Shown in pieces: positions 1-11,345 of a stretch of DNA of 64,000 nt. Both the position numbers and the translations under genes were made by a program. Below the pieces are notes generated by a model. The model made no database searches. It saw only the letters and a list, made by a program, of their open reading frames with translations, and had not been told where the DNA came from. Every line of letters begins with the position of its first letter. The stretch's first letter is position 1. The stretch is from Podarcis gaigeae (Eukaryota), in assembly GCA_964106915.2 (NCBI GenBank), contig OZ066922.1; one strand, given 5' to 3'.

Positions 1-38
1 TGACAGTCCCGCTTTTCTAAACTAGTGAGGATACTTAC

Positions 39-150
39 TTGCCTTATAAACCAGGATACAACAGCAGGTTCCGTGCAACGTGGTTGGCTGGTCATTGCAC
101 AATAAAGCTTCAAAACTGTTCCTTCTCCTCCTCCTCCACCCCCCACCCCA
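39..150 (-). other. Candidate additional 5' exon of the minus-strand gene (upstream boundary uncertain)
   Basis: Donor CAA|GTAAGT (acttac at 33-38) in non-repetitive sequence; no clear acceptor, so a first exon if real. Confidence 0.25.
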
Positions 151-1344
151 CCCAAAACTAGAGAATTACATGCGCATTCATTCATGTCCAGTTGCTGCTC
201 TACCCCTATTACAGAACGTTCTGAGAGAACAATGCTAAGCTTTTTTCCCCAGTTAAACCACAGAGGATGCCACTAAACCTGAATAAGTGATACAAAGCTC
301 TAAGCAGAAATTAATAGCTTTCCACTCCAGTGGTGTAAATTAAGTACCAGACTTTATCCTGATGTTAAGAAATTTATATTCACTGGTAAATCTCAATGCA
401 AAAATTAAAATAAATTTCTTTTTAAAAGTGCTCCTAGTACAGGTCAAAATGCGGACAATCAGCCGAAGAAATTATGAATTTATGAAACTTAATAGTACAG
501 AATTATAATTGACTATGTAGTTTAGAAATGAGGTGAGATTTATTGATGCATTGTAGTGAATCAAATAGTTGCTTAATATTCAGGCAGATATAAATTGCAA
601 TAAAATTGACCATCTCAAAGTACATACAATACACCATATCTAATACTACGTCAAATTACAGCAACCTCTTAGCCTCAATAACTACTGAAAAAGAGTTAAG
701 AAAAACCAGATGAATCCTATTGGATTCCCATTCTGAAATTACAGCAAGTAATAACACATGGGGTTCAGGGGGAATACTAGCAGCAGAACCCACTTTTCAG
801 TATGTGCAATATCGAAACATTTTGTGGTGAAAAGAATGGTACTATTTTAATTGTAGGAGGGTGTACACTAATTTTTCAGTCTTACCGTAATTCTTAATAA
901 TACACTTAACACTTTAATTGCATATAGTTCAATTTTTAAACTAACTTCAACAATTTGACATTTTGTGAATTAGTAGCATGCTCCACTTGTTTTTTCAGTA
1001 GTTATAGTGTATTGATATTAGATTAAAAAAATAGAGATAAAGTATCACTGAAGAAAATTTCATTACTTTTGCAGTTTCAGATTAACCAGAATTTTGACAC
1101 TCTATAGGCAAAATTCAGCCAACTGTATTCATACAGCACTACACATTCTTGTTCCTTTCTAATTAGCTAAAAGAAAACTTTTTAATGATATTTTAAAGGA
1201 CCAGGAATTAGTCGTTAACCAAAACTCTTCTGCTTGATAATTTGCGTAAATAGCAACGCTGTTTTAACATCACTTTGGTTTCAAAAATTCACTTCAAAGT
1301 AATTTCTATATAATACTGGGGGTGGGGAATTTGTGTTCATAAAA

Positions 1345-1558
1345 CCTCTTGATATACCAGAGGCATCCACTAACTGAAGAGGATATAGTTGATTTCTGCC
1401 ATCCCTCCTTCACCCTCCCACACTAACTTCCACCCTCTTGGAGAGGATTCCTCAACTGTCTGGAGCTGATTTGGGGGGGAGCGGTGGGAGAAGGGGGAAT
1501 TGGCAAAAATTATCTCATCTTCTTCCATTAGCAGATGCCTCTGCTGAATCAAAAGCCC
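1345..1558. mobile_element. Foldback MITE (Harbinger-like)
   Basis: Long imperfect TIRs (ttgatataccagaggcatccactaactgaagagga vs reverse complement of right end ttgattcagcagaggcatctgctaatggaagaaga) plus inner inverted arms; related copy near 52.0-52.2 kb. Confidence 0.6.
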
Positions 1559-1914
1559 TTTTGTGAGTGCAAGTGCAGTAATTGGATTCCACCCAATATT
1601 CTAAGTGCTCAAAACACTTCACATGTAGGATATCAGTAATCAGGACCTATACAAGATATCAGGGAATCCAAAGTAGAAAACAGCAACCAACACATTGAAA
1701 TAATAACTGACTGATAATTTTCAGGGCCTAAAGTCACATGAGACACAGGTCTGGGTCTGGTCAATGTCTGAATGACTAACCACCTGGGTACCATGGTATG
1801 AGAAAGGTGGGATACAAACATAAATAATTGCTGATGCCCAAATTCTGATTCAGCTGTCCTACCAGTGATTGTAGGCTCAGCCCTGCCATTAACAGTCTTG
1901 TTAAAAAGTCAGCA

Positions 1915-2055
1915 TTGTTATTCCCATATTACAAAGCAAGCGTTGAGGCTGAAATATAGTGGGTTGGCTAAGATCACTCAGTGCAAGTGTGGCTAAACTG
2001 AATCAAGCACTTCCTGACTCACAGCTTACTCAATTAACCAGTATGTTACCCAGAA
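1915..2055 (-). mobile_element. Degenerate MIR-like/CORE SINE
   Basis: ttcccatattacaaa..tgaggct..aagatcactcag resembles the reverse complement of the MIR core. Confidence 0.45.
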
Positions 2056-2182
2056 AGGCCCAAAATAATGATCAGCACATGTACACTCACAAGAGAATTA
2101 AATCTTTAGTAACTTTTCTTTGCAATAGTTATAACAAACATTGCACTTTTAATTCTTTATATGCCAGAGTTTTTTCAAGGTA

Positions 2183-2424
2183 CAGTGGTACCGCAGGTTA
2201 AGTACTTAATTCGTTCTGGAGGTCCGTGCTTAACCTAAAACTGTTCTTAACCTGAAGCACCACTTTAGCTAATGGGGCCTCCCGCTGCTACCGCGCCACC
2301 AGAGCACGATTTCTGTTCTCATCCTGAAGCAAAGTTCTTAACCTGAAGCACTATTTCTGGGTTAGCGGAGTCTGTAACCTGAAGCACATGTAACCTGAAG
2401 CGTATGTAACCTGAGGTACCACTG
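2183..2424. mobile_element. Tc1/mariner (Tigger-like) MITE
   Basis: TIRs cagtggtacc/ggtaccactg, TA duplication on both sides, internal repeats of taacctgaagc; homologous to 24363 and 26940 copies (opposite orientation). Confidence 0.9.
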
Positions 2425-2562
2425 TATCAGAAAAAAATAAATTCGAAATTAGACACAATGGTTGTTTCCTTCTTATTTTAAAACTCAGGCTGCTCATAGC
2501 AAGCAATACAGTTATTTGTTACAGCCCAACTGTAACTTACATCCCACAGCCAGTACCTATAT

Positions 2563-2640
2563 GGCTGCAATTCTACACCCAGCTAAGCATACTGGAGTCC
2601 CATTAAAAAACCAGTGTGACTTAAACATTTTATTGCAGCC
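2563..2640. mobile_element. Short palindromic MITE (Harbinger-like)
   Basis: TIRs ggctgcaat/attgcagcc with degenerate cccatt core. Confidence 0.5.
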
Positions 2641-2684
2641 ATTACATGAGAGTGCTATTAATTCTGATAGAACTTTTTTTTTTG

Positions 2685-2965
2685 CAAGATCCCAAAGTAT
2701 ATTTACTCAGAAGTAAAACCCATTAAATCCAATTGGTTTGATTTTGGGAAAGTAAGCTTAAAATGTCCACCTTAAGTACATTATTCCATGTCTCACTCCA
2801 TTTCTATAATTAATGCTATTTAGCCATTTTCCTATAATGCTTTAAAATGCAAAGAAACTGACTAGTTTACAGACAGCTGTTTCTTCACTTAAGCTGCATA
2901 TCCTATACAGACTTACCTAGGAGTAAATACCAAATTAACATAATATGACCTCTGAGTAGACATTA
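2685..2965. mobile_element. Two further short palindromic MITE relics (~2685-2765, ~2890-2965)
   Basis: tttactcagaagtaa..cccatt and atcctatacagacttacctaggagtaa..ctgagtagacat match the family seen at 33340 and 45025. Confidence 0.4.
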
Positions 2966-5942
2966 ATATATAACACTGATAATGTAATGTTACATTACAA
3001 CACTTTTTCCTCTGACAAACCAATGCAGTAACTTCAAGCGAACATAAATACTACACTATAGTTTATTCTCTTCCTTGTAGACTACATTGTTCATTAATGT
3101 TTTAAATATAGTCATAGAAAAAAGAATAAATATCACAGTGTTGTGGGTGTTTTATAAAGCTTTTATTCTCATAAGAAATGTAAAAGTCCTATCTTCAAAT
3201 TATTGTGGTAGTAGTAGTCTCATTTCTTTCAATGGCGAATTACATCACCACAATAGCTTGTGCAGACATGCATTCTCAGTTTGTGTGAACACAATTTACA
3301 CTAATATTGTCCATAAGATCATATAACCCCACAAAGTTTGAGTGGAAAGAATATCAAAACAAAAACAAAAACAGAATGCATGTTTGCATCCTGCAAGACA
3401 AGTGCCCCTCTGATTAAATGAAAGGATGAAAAGTGTTTATTGTGCAGACTCTGAGTTGTGCATACATATACAATGACAGGGAAATAATATTCTGCTGCTT
3501 TACAAAATAGTATTTTGAACTAAAGCCTGTTTGGTCATATGGTTCATCTTAGAGGGAAATACTCCTCCCCCCTCAAAGACAAACACTTGTTCACTATGTT
3601 TGCTTTTCCATACTTGAACACCAGTTTACTGCAATGCATTACTATAATTGTAAAAAAAAAAAATTTTACACATGGGATGACTCAGGAAACTCAGATGTTA
3701 TTTGCATCTATGTGAACATCATATATCAGTGAGGCTGGATAAGGTCGAATAAGCAACATACTTGGACCAAGCTCTTCCAATAATCTTAATTTTAATGTGT
3801 TTGTTATTTACTCCTCGACTCTGAAATTAACATGATTTCTAACTTTAATACACTAATAATATATTAGCACTGATTACCAATATCACACTAATGAAACTTG
3901 TGATATTCAGAGTAAAACCATCAACCTGTCCTTTGTTTATGCTATCAAATACATATTATAAATATCCCTTATACCTAACCATAGTTTGGCACCAAAAAAG
4001 TAAGTAAGAAGCAGGGTTTTTCTTCTTTGCTATGACATTTCCTACATGAATAAATTTAAGATTCTCTTTTTATGTGAAGAAGGTTTTCTACTAACTTTAA
4101 TGTTTTGCATATAGAAAATATATATCATTTTGATATTTAGAGTCCCTCTGCTAACAATACTGTTTCCATGCACATTCTAAGAACTCGTAAGGGAGTAAAG
4201 TGCAGCTACTCCACTCTAATATATAATATAAACAGAATCTGCGAAGACAAAGCAGTGCCACAGATTTATGAAACATACCACCTCTACTCCACAAAGGTGT
4301 CAAATATTAAACAAAGTAGTTTAGGGGACATTTCACAATTGGGACATTTTTGTGGTTTTCTAATTGAATGGAACTGCACTCCTGAAATTTATTTCCCCCC
4401 ATTACTCAAGAACGGGATATAGACTGAAAATGGCATTCTTCAAACTATAAATCATGCAACAACATATTTAATATAAAATATAAGTAATGCCACATAAACA
4501 AGATCTCATATTACTGAAATGACCTAAGTTGACGTGTGTTAAAAGTGCCCTGTTTGTTTTACTTGGGATCATATTTTACTTCTCTGCTTTATTTTAAAAT
4601 GCTTATAGATTTCAGTCTTTTCTGCCAAAGAATAATTTTAGTGAACTGTATATGTGTATCAACCCTACTGCAAAATGTGAATATTTACTTTTTGTCTGGA
4701 ACTAAATGCTGACAGAGCTGATAGGAATATAGACAGAGGACAAAATATGCAAATTTCACAGCAGGAAGTAGAGAAGCCACTAAGCAGTTTTTAAAAGCAG
4801 TAGAAAAAGATAAACAACAACTTCCCTGTGTATTACCTTTCATCCCCAGAGTAATTACTATTAGCATGCAACAGATAAGATAGTCAGGTGACAAACTGAT
4901 ATAAGATTCTTTTAAAACGTCATATTTCAAAATATTTTTGAAAATAAATGGAAGTGCAGAGAAAAAAAATAGTATAATCACAAATTGTTTCTCATATCTG
5001 TCATGCTTTGGTTTGATGAAGTGTACAAATCTGTCTCTAATTAGTGAATTAAACACCTGTATTGTCGTCGTCCCCACCCCAAGAAACTTGTTTCCTCTTC
5101 AGTTTTTCTCTCAAGCTTCATTCAGGCCACAATAAGGTCAAAGTTGCATGACCCAGTGGTTTGAAAATCTTAGAATCCCTAACACTTGTTTTGAAACAAA
5201 TGACTTCTCAAGATGTAGCAGTCTTACTATCAATCACCAACAAGTTAATTCTACATAATAAGGCAGGTTTGGATGCAGACTGATATATTGTGAAATGCTA
5301 TATCCAAAACTGATTAGAACAACACTCAAAATGAATACAGCCCTCCAAACCACTCCTTTTGCTCAGCCACATTAATCTCAATTATAAGAAAACATTTATG
5401 ATAATGCCTGCTATGAAGAAAACATAAAATAAATCAGGTTTTATAAGACAAAAGCAAGTCATTAGTTTCAGAACCAAAAAGGGGAGAGTATGTCTCTGCG
5501 GTGATATCCTCTACAGCATCTGTAACTTTCAAAACCTGGCTTCTTAAAAACTGGTAACTGCCAATATTAAGATTATACTTAACATTTAAATATTTTCCGA
5601 TTTTTGCCAGCCTTTAGGTCATTGCCTGTTAACACCATAACTCAATAAAAAAACTAAAATCCTTTCAAACTTGCCACTCTCAAGCAGACAGTATGAATGG
5701 AAAACATAACTGAAACCTCCAACTTCAAAGAGTTACTGAGGAAAAGGTCTCTTTCAGTACTGTATATCAAATACACTTGACATAGTAGAGTTCTCTTAAA
5801 GCAAACAGATTCATCACAATCAAGTAACAGAAGATTTCTGTTCTGCACACCAAATGTTAAGATCCTCAATATACCTGTTAACACGACAAACCTCACAAAC
5901 AGGTTAGAGAACCAAACCAAACACAGAAAGCTATTCATTTAC

Positions 5943-5985
5943 CTTGAAAATTGTAGCCATACCCATGCATAAAATTGCTCTACCG
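5943..5985 (-). other. Candidate 43-nt micro-exon
   Basis: Minus strand: acttttttaatacAG|CGGTAGAG...TTTTCAAG|GTAAAT; acceptor and donor bracket 43 nt. Confidence 0.3.
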
Positions 5986-8660
5986 CTGTATTAAAAAAGT
6001 AAAATGCCATAGATGTGTTTAAGAATTATGAAAATTAAAATGTGTATGAACTCTGCTAAATTACAAAAACCTTGTAATTTTATGTCCCAATCTGAAAATT
6101 ATCAATTCTGCCATAATTCTGTTGAGATCAATGGGACTACTTGATAGGGTCAAGATAGATTTAAAGATACCATTTTTAGTCATTTATTCAGGTAATCCTG
6201 ATTTTATGACCCTAAATTACAGCCATTTTGGCTTTTTTGAGGACTACTCATTCCAATACACCATCGTATATAAGGCCTGGTGGTTCTCCGGGAACTGTGG
6301 ACTTGAACTGGCAGTAGGATTTAATCTGAATATCAGTGAAACCAACAGCAGTGTTATAAAGACAGCACTGGAATCTTGGACAAGGTTCTGTGGAGGTCAT
6401 AAACCTAAGCTTTTTAAAAGCATACTATTTTTTTTTAACCTTTTGCATTCTTAAAAAAATATTAGAAAATGGCTAAGATTCAATATGACAATTCTTCCAG
6501 GCATGGGGTGGGGATGGCTGCTAGATATAGAGTGGACAATAAGCATTTTTCACTGGTATCAATCAATAGTGTTGTGTTTCAATTTCACAATTGGATACTT
6601 GAGCTTCATTTATTTCAAGATGTTTTATTTTACTGACATTTGAACGACAAGTAGCTATATTTTGCATAAAGGAGTGTTACTAATACGAGCTTGATACTGT
6701 ATCATGAGTATGATTGCAGTCTCTTCCCTGTCCTATAAAATACTTTTTCCAGGATACAATTTCTCCTGTACTTTTTCCTATACTATTTCTACTTACTGCA
6801 GCCAACCACTTACTCCTAAGTAGTCCTACTGAGCAGGAATTGACTCTTTCTAAATAACTGGCTTGAGAATCAGAACCATAGCTTCCCCTCTATTTCTTCA
6901 CATGCAGGAAAACACTTCCTCCTTCTTAGGTCAACAGAAATTATACATAGCACATTTAAGCCTTCTATCTTCTAATTTATTGAAGCTACTCTCAATCTAC
7001 CACATTAGAAGTGCAATAACTTTAATTTACGCCAACTATCATACTATAGACTCCAATGGGACAACAATGGCTTAAATGGAGTCACTTCAGTTTATTGGAG
7101 CAAAGGGTCTGGGAAACAAAGTGAGTAAGCAGTTGTTGACCATAGAAAAAGCAGAACATCATAATACAATAAAAAAGATTTCCTAGATTCTGATATAGAC
7201 TGTTTGTATATGGTCAAGAGTTCTTATAGTGGACTAGATGCCCCCACCCTTGCCAGGATATGCTAACTCTTAAGCATATATGTTCATTTATAAGGGAGTT
7301 TAAAACTGTTAATTTTGAACGCCTTCAGTATGCATATCTGTATGAGTGCATCACTATAGGTATCAATGCATTATAGTTATTGATGCATACTAGGGTTCAT
7401 ACCCAGAAAATGAGCATTTTTAATAGGAGCGCAAGCATTCTTTTGCAGTCTTACTCAGAATTAAGTGCTTCTTAATCACCTACAGTTTATTCCCATGTTA
7501 AGCAGGAATCAGCCTGCAGTCCTAAATCTGGAAATCAAATATGTGAAAAACTGGATCTCTCAAAGACATGTTTTAAGGAATTATATGCACTGCTTTAAAA
7601 CTGCAAATCACAATACAATCACAACACTGAGATTCTGCATACAGAAACATAACAGGCACATATTACAGAAATATATTCTGATTTACCATTAAAGTTATTT
7701 TGAGATTATAAAACTTCAGATAACAGGTAGTGAACGCATGGGAGAAAAATACTTTGCAATTAACATTCTATAAGCAATTTGTGATTTTGTTCAGACTAAA
7801 CATATACTGCAATCTGATCTTCTAGAGTATAGACTTCTCTTTTGTGCTTGCTTTTTTGACAGTTTAAAGAAAGATCAAAATACAGTTTTTCTGTTACTGC
7901 ACAGTAACAAAAGACTAAGTAAAGTCTCAACGTCCAACTTCCAAAGACCACCCAGTGGATTCTGCTACTGTCTACAAAGGTTTGACAAATACGTTGTCAA
8001 CAGATAAGAAGTGCACTGCTATGAAAAGAGACAATCTTATCCATACAGATCACACCACAGATAATAGAAACCATACCTAAGTCTACCACAAGTTAAGCCC
8101 AGGCTGGCATTTATACTCCTTCAGTTTCCCTTACACACTTACCAATAAAGGTCTGGACTAATGAAGGGGGAAGGAGAGAAATGAAATTGCTATGAAAGCA
8201 GTAGTTTTGTGCTAAATCTAAAGTATAGAGTCCAGTAGCGTAGAAGACTAGATTTTTGCTAGCTTGGGAGGGAAGTGTTTCGGATAAGTAATGCATATGT
8301 ACACCTTGCGTGACCAGAGAAGGTCGATAAATCAGCAAAGCGCAACCTACTGAATCCTAAGAGGCAAAATCCTCCGCTCGCCCTTAGAAATTAAAGGACG
8401 CTGGAACGACGACGACACCAGGTATGTCAACAGACGAGTCTCCTAGTCAGGGCAACATTTCTGTCTTGTCTGGCACGAGGTGGCGGCTGATCAAGTTGAA
8501 GCAACCATCACCCCACCCCCGCCCACACACACACACGCACCCCAAACACGCAATGCTACCCTTCCTTCTGCGCCTCTTGCGTGTCCACAGTCTCAGAAAC
8601 ATCTATACTTCGCGGCGGCGGCGCGCTGCATCGCTAACACAGGGCACTGTCGAGACTCAC

Positions 8661-8900
8661 ATTTGGCACCAAACGAAAGTCGCTCTGGGTTCTCTTGTCT
8701 CTCTCGCCCCCCTCCCCACCCCCAACTGCGCCCGCTCGCCGTCCCTGCTCCTCTCCCCGCTGACAGGCAGCGAAGCCGCCGGCAGAGAGAGAGAAAGAAC
8801 AAAAGCCCAAACCAAAAGAAAAAAAAAAGTTTCCAGGCGACTCAAGGGGAGCTTTCCAAATAGGCGAGAGTTCAAAGTGAGGGAGCAGGGAAAGCAAGCG
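8661..8900 (-). other. Candidate alternative non-coding first exon
   Basis: Donor AAT|GTGAGT (actcac 8655-8660) at the end of a CT-rich/GC-rich leader inside the island; start uncertain. Confidence 0.35.
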
Positions 8901-9034
8901 GGGAAAGAAGGACCCCTTTTCTCCCCCACCCCCCGCCCCGCCGCGCGCACCGGCTCCTCGTCGGAACTCCTCGGCACCTCAGCCTGGGACGCGGGCACTA
9001 GGACCAGCAAAGCGCGCGAAACGCAGCCACTTAC

Positions 9035-9675
9035 CCAGGGCGCCTTAGCGCGGACTCTTTCCTCCGCCTTCTCTCCTCAGTTAGCCCAACAGCTCCGGGA
9101 AGAGCAGCAGCAGCGGCAGCGCACGCACCACACACTTTGCCAAAAACGGGGAGCCGGTTGAGGGGGAGAGAGAGAGAGGGGTGGAGAATGAGGGGGGGGG
9201 GAGAAGAAAAAGAAAACTGTTACAAGTTCCTTTCCCTGTCCTGCCAGGGGCTGAAGAGAAGGGGGAGGCTGAAGAGGGAGGGAGGGAGGGAGAGGGGCAA
9301 GCCCCGAGGAGTTCACTTTCCGCAGCTCCCCGGGCTACTCGTCTTTCTCCTGGCAAGAGTCGCGCGCGGGGAGTTTATTATTATTTTTTCCCGCCCTCTC
9401 TCAAGAGATGGAAGAAAGCGCGAGGACGACCCCCAAAAATAAAGTGCCACAGAAGGCGGGGGGAGGGAAGGAGGGAGGAGGAGGAGCAGCAGTAGCAGCA
9501 GCAGCAGCAGCCGGGAGGATCTAACTATAAAGCGAGGGGGGAGACCCCAAAGGGAGGCTCGGCAGAGGCAGCCGCTTCAGCTCCTGCCTCCCTCGCCAGA
9601 GAGGGGGAGAGAGACGCACACGCAAGAGAGAGGCGCCTACCATAAAGCGAGGGGAGATCCATCCCCCTGGCCAAG
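9035..9675 (-). other. Non-coding first exon (5' UTR) of an unidentified minus-strand gene
   Basis: Strong donor CTGG|GTAAGT (acttac 9029-9034); I see no ATG on the minus strand from 9520 to 9035; pyrimidine-rich leader; TATA ~30 nt upstream of the inferred start. Confidence 0.65.
9485..9511. repeat. (CAG)n/(CTG)n repeat in the 5' UTR, next to a GGA run
   Basis: agcagcagtagcagcagcagcagcagc. Confidence 0.9.
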
Positions 9676-9696
9676 GCGCTGGGGAATGGACTTGGC

Positions 9697-9899
9697 CATT
9701 TATAATCCCCGGCTCCTCTGCCTCGGCATTTGGCAAACGGGCAGCCGCTCTCCTTGCCCGAGCTTTTCCCGCCAAGGCGCCCCTTTTGCTGCCTTCTGCT
9801 GTCAGATGGACTGAACCACCTCCGCCTCGTCCCCTTTTCTCTTCCCCACTGCCTCCGTTGGTTAATGTAAAGTGCCGAGGCTCCCATGCTGTGTCCAAT
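9697..9899 (-). promoter_or_regulatory. Core promoter: TATA box (TATAAATG, 9704-9697) and CCAAT box (9895-9899)
   Basis: Motifs seen directly, upstream of the minus-strand first exon. Confidence 0.5.
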
Positions 9900-10441
9900 C
9901 AGTGCATCTACCACTAGTGCCATGATTTAGGGGTCATCCGTGAACAACACTTCACGCTGATGAATGGGCTCTTTGCAGCTTTCTGCCCTGATGAGGGTGT
10001 CTGCGTGCCGCTGATTGCAAACACTAATGAACTTACAGATCCTCATTATACATGCGCCCAGATCCGCCGCCTGAACGAGGAGGAGAGGGACTTGGGTGCG
10101 CACCGCTTGCGATTGGGATGGAATTTGCCTATTTATCTCTCCACCTATCCTTATTTATACGTCCTAGAGGGTGGTGCGAGAATAACTGCGCTAAATGTTT
10201 GCACTTGACCCTGTGCTCTTCAGAGCGATGGGAAGGGCGCTGCTATTCTTAGGCAATACTTTGGTGGTGGCGCGTGTTTGTTTTTCTTCTAGTCCCCCCC
10301 CCCCACTTTTAATTTCCCTCCTCTTGGCTGTTGTTTCATAGGCTGGGCATGTTAGGTCAGCTGAGTCATTAGAGCGAGGGTGGCTAAGCAAATGACTGCC
10401 TCCGAGATTGATGATGAAGCATAGCAGAGGGCTGTAATTAA

Positions 10442-10522
10442 GGCTGCCATCCTAGGCGCACTTCGGAGTGAGTCCTAATGAACTCTGCTGGGATCTAGCG
10501 CCGAATGCAAAGGCGCAGGGCT
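10442..10522. mobile_element. Short palindromic MITE relic inside the CpG island
   Basis: ggctgccatcctaggcgcactt..gagtgagtcctaatgaactc..ggcgcagg aligns by eye to the 45025/33340 family. Confidence 0.45.
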
Positions 10523-11299
10523 GATTTGCACGGCTACGCAAGCCTGGAAGTCGGTCCCTGTCTCATTTCCTCTTAATGACCGGCGGGTTTTGGACCAGCG
10601 CTCCCTCTGAAATTTAGGCGCGGGAAACGCGCTCTCGGCTGGGACGAATCATCTTCGCCGCACAGCGGGCGAAAGTGTGGCTGCCTCGCTCGCTTTCTCT
10701 CGCACGCACCCGGACGCGCGCTCTTGCCTCGTTGGGCTACGCGGCATCTGCTGGGCAAGAGACGACTCCGCCAACTGCCCGCTCCGAAGCTGAAGTTTAC
10801 ACCGAGACACCCGTCCGCGTCCTCGTCAATTCTTTCTCCCGCCCCGAGGAAGATAATAAGCCATGTATTTTCTCTCGTCTCGTCTTACGCCTCCCTGTTA
10901 AGATCCTATAAAACTTATGTATACCTTATTTTCTTGGTGGTGCGGATATTTTCTCTCTTTGAGGCTGCCACACTAACCTCACTCACTTGGGAGAAGCCAT
11001 TTACTTCTCAGTTGATATTCCTAGGTGGCTGCGCCTTTACAGGGAGAAATAGTCTGCTTGACATCCTAGCATTTCCTTACTCTTTGCGTCCTGTGTAACA
11101 CAGCAGCCAGAAAGCCGCCCCCCCCCCCAACAAACCACACACACATATATACACCCTTCCCCCCTCTTGCCTTCCCAGGTTTCAAAAACTTGTGATGGGG
11201 AAGTCTATTAAATTCACAAGAGAGGATGTACATGCAAACAGATACAGACAGTAGCGTTACGCTCCTGTATCGTAATACGCCATGTAGAAATCGCAGAGC

Positions 11300-11345
11300 A
11301 CCGAGCTAACTTTCGAGCTTCACAGAACTCTTCGTCAGGATCGAG
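11300..11345 (-). mobile_element. Penelope-like pseudo-LTR fragment with hammerhead core
   Basis: Minus strand CTGACGA-A-GAGTTC-TGT-GAAGCTC-GAAA. Confidence 0.5.

Noticed and set aside
8424-9161. 245-aa plus-strand ORF and other overlapping ORFs in the island
   Set aside because: Low-complexity translations of GC-rich DNA, open in many frames on both strands, with no recognisable domain
9035-9675. Assigning a gene symbol
   Set aside because: Only non-coding sequence is visible and I do not recognise it reliably
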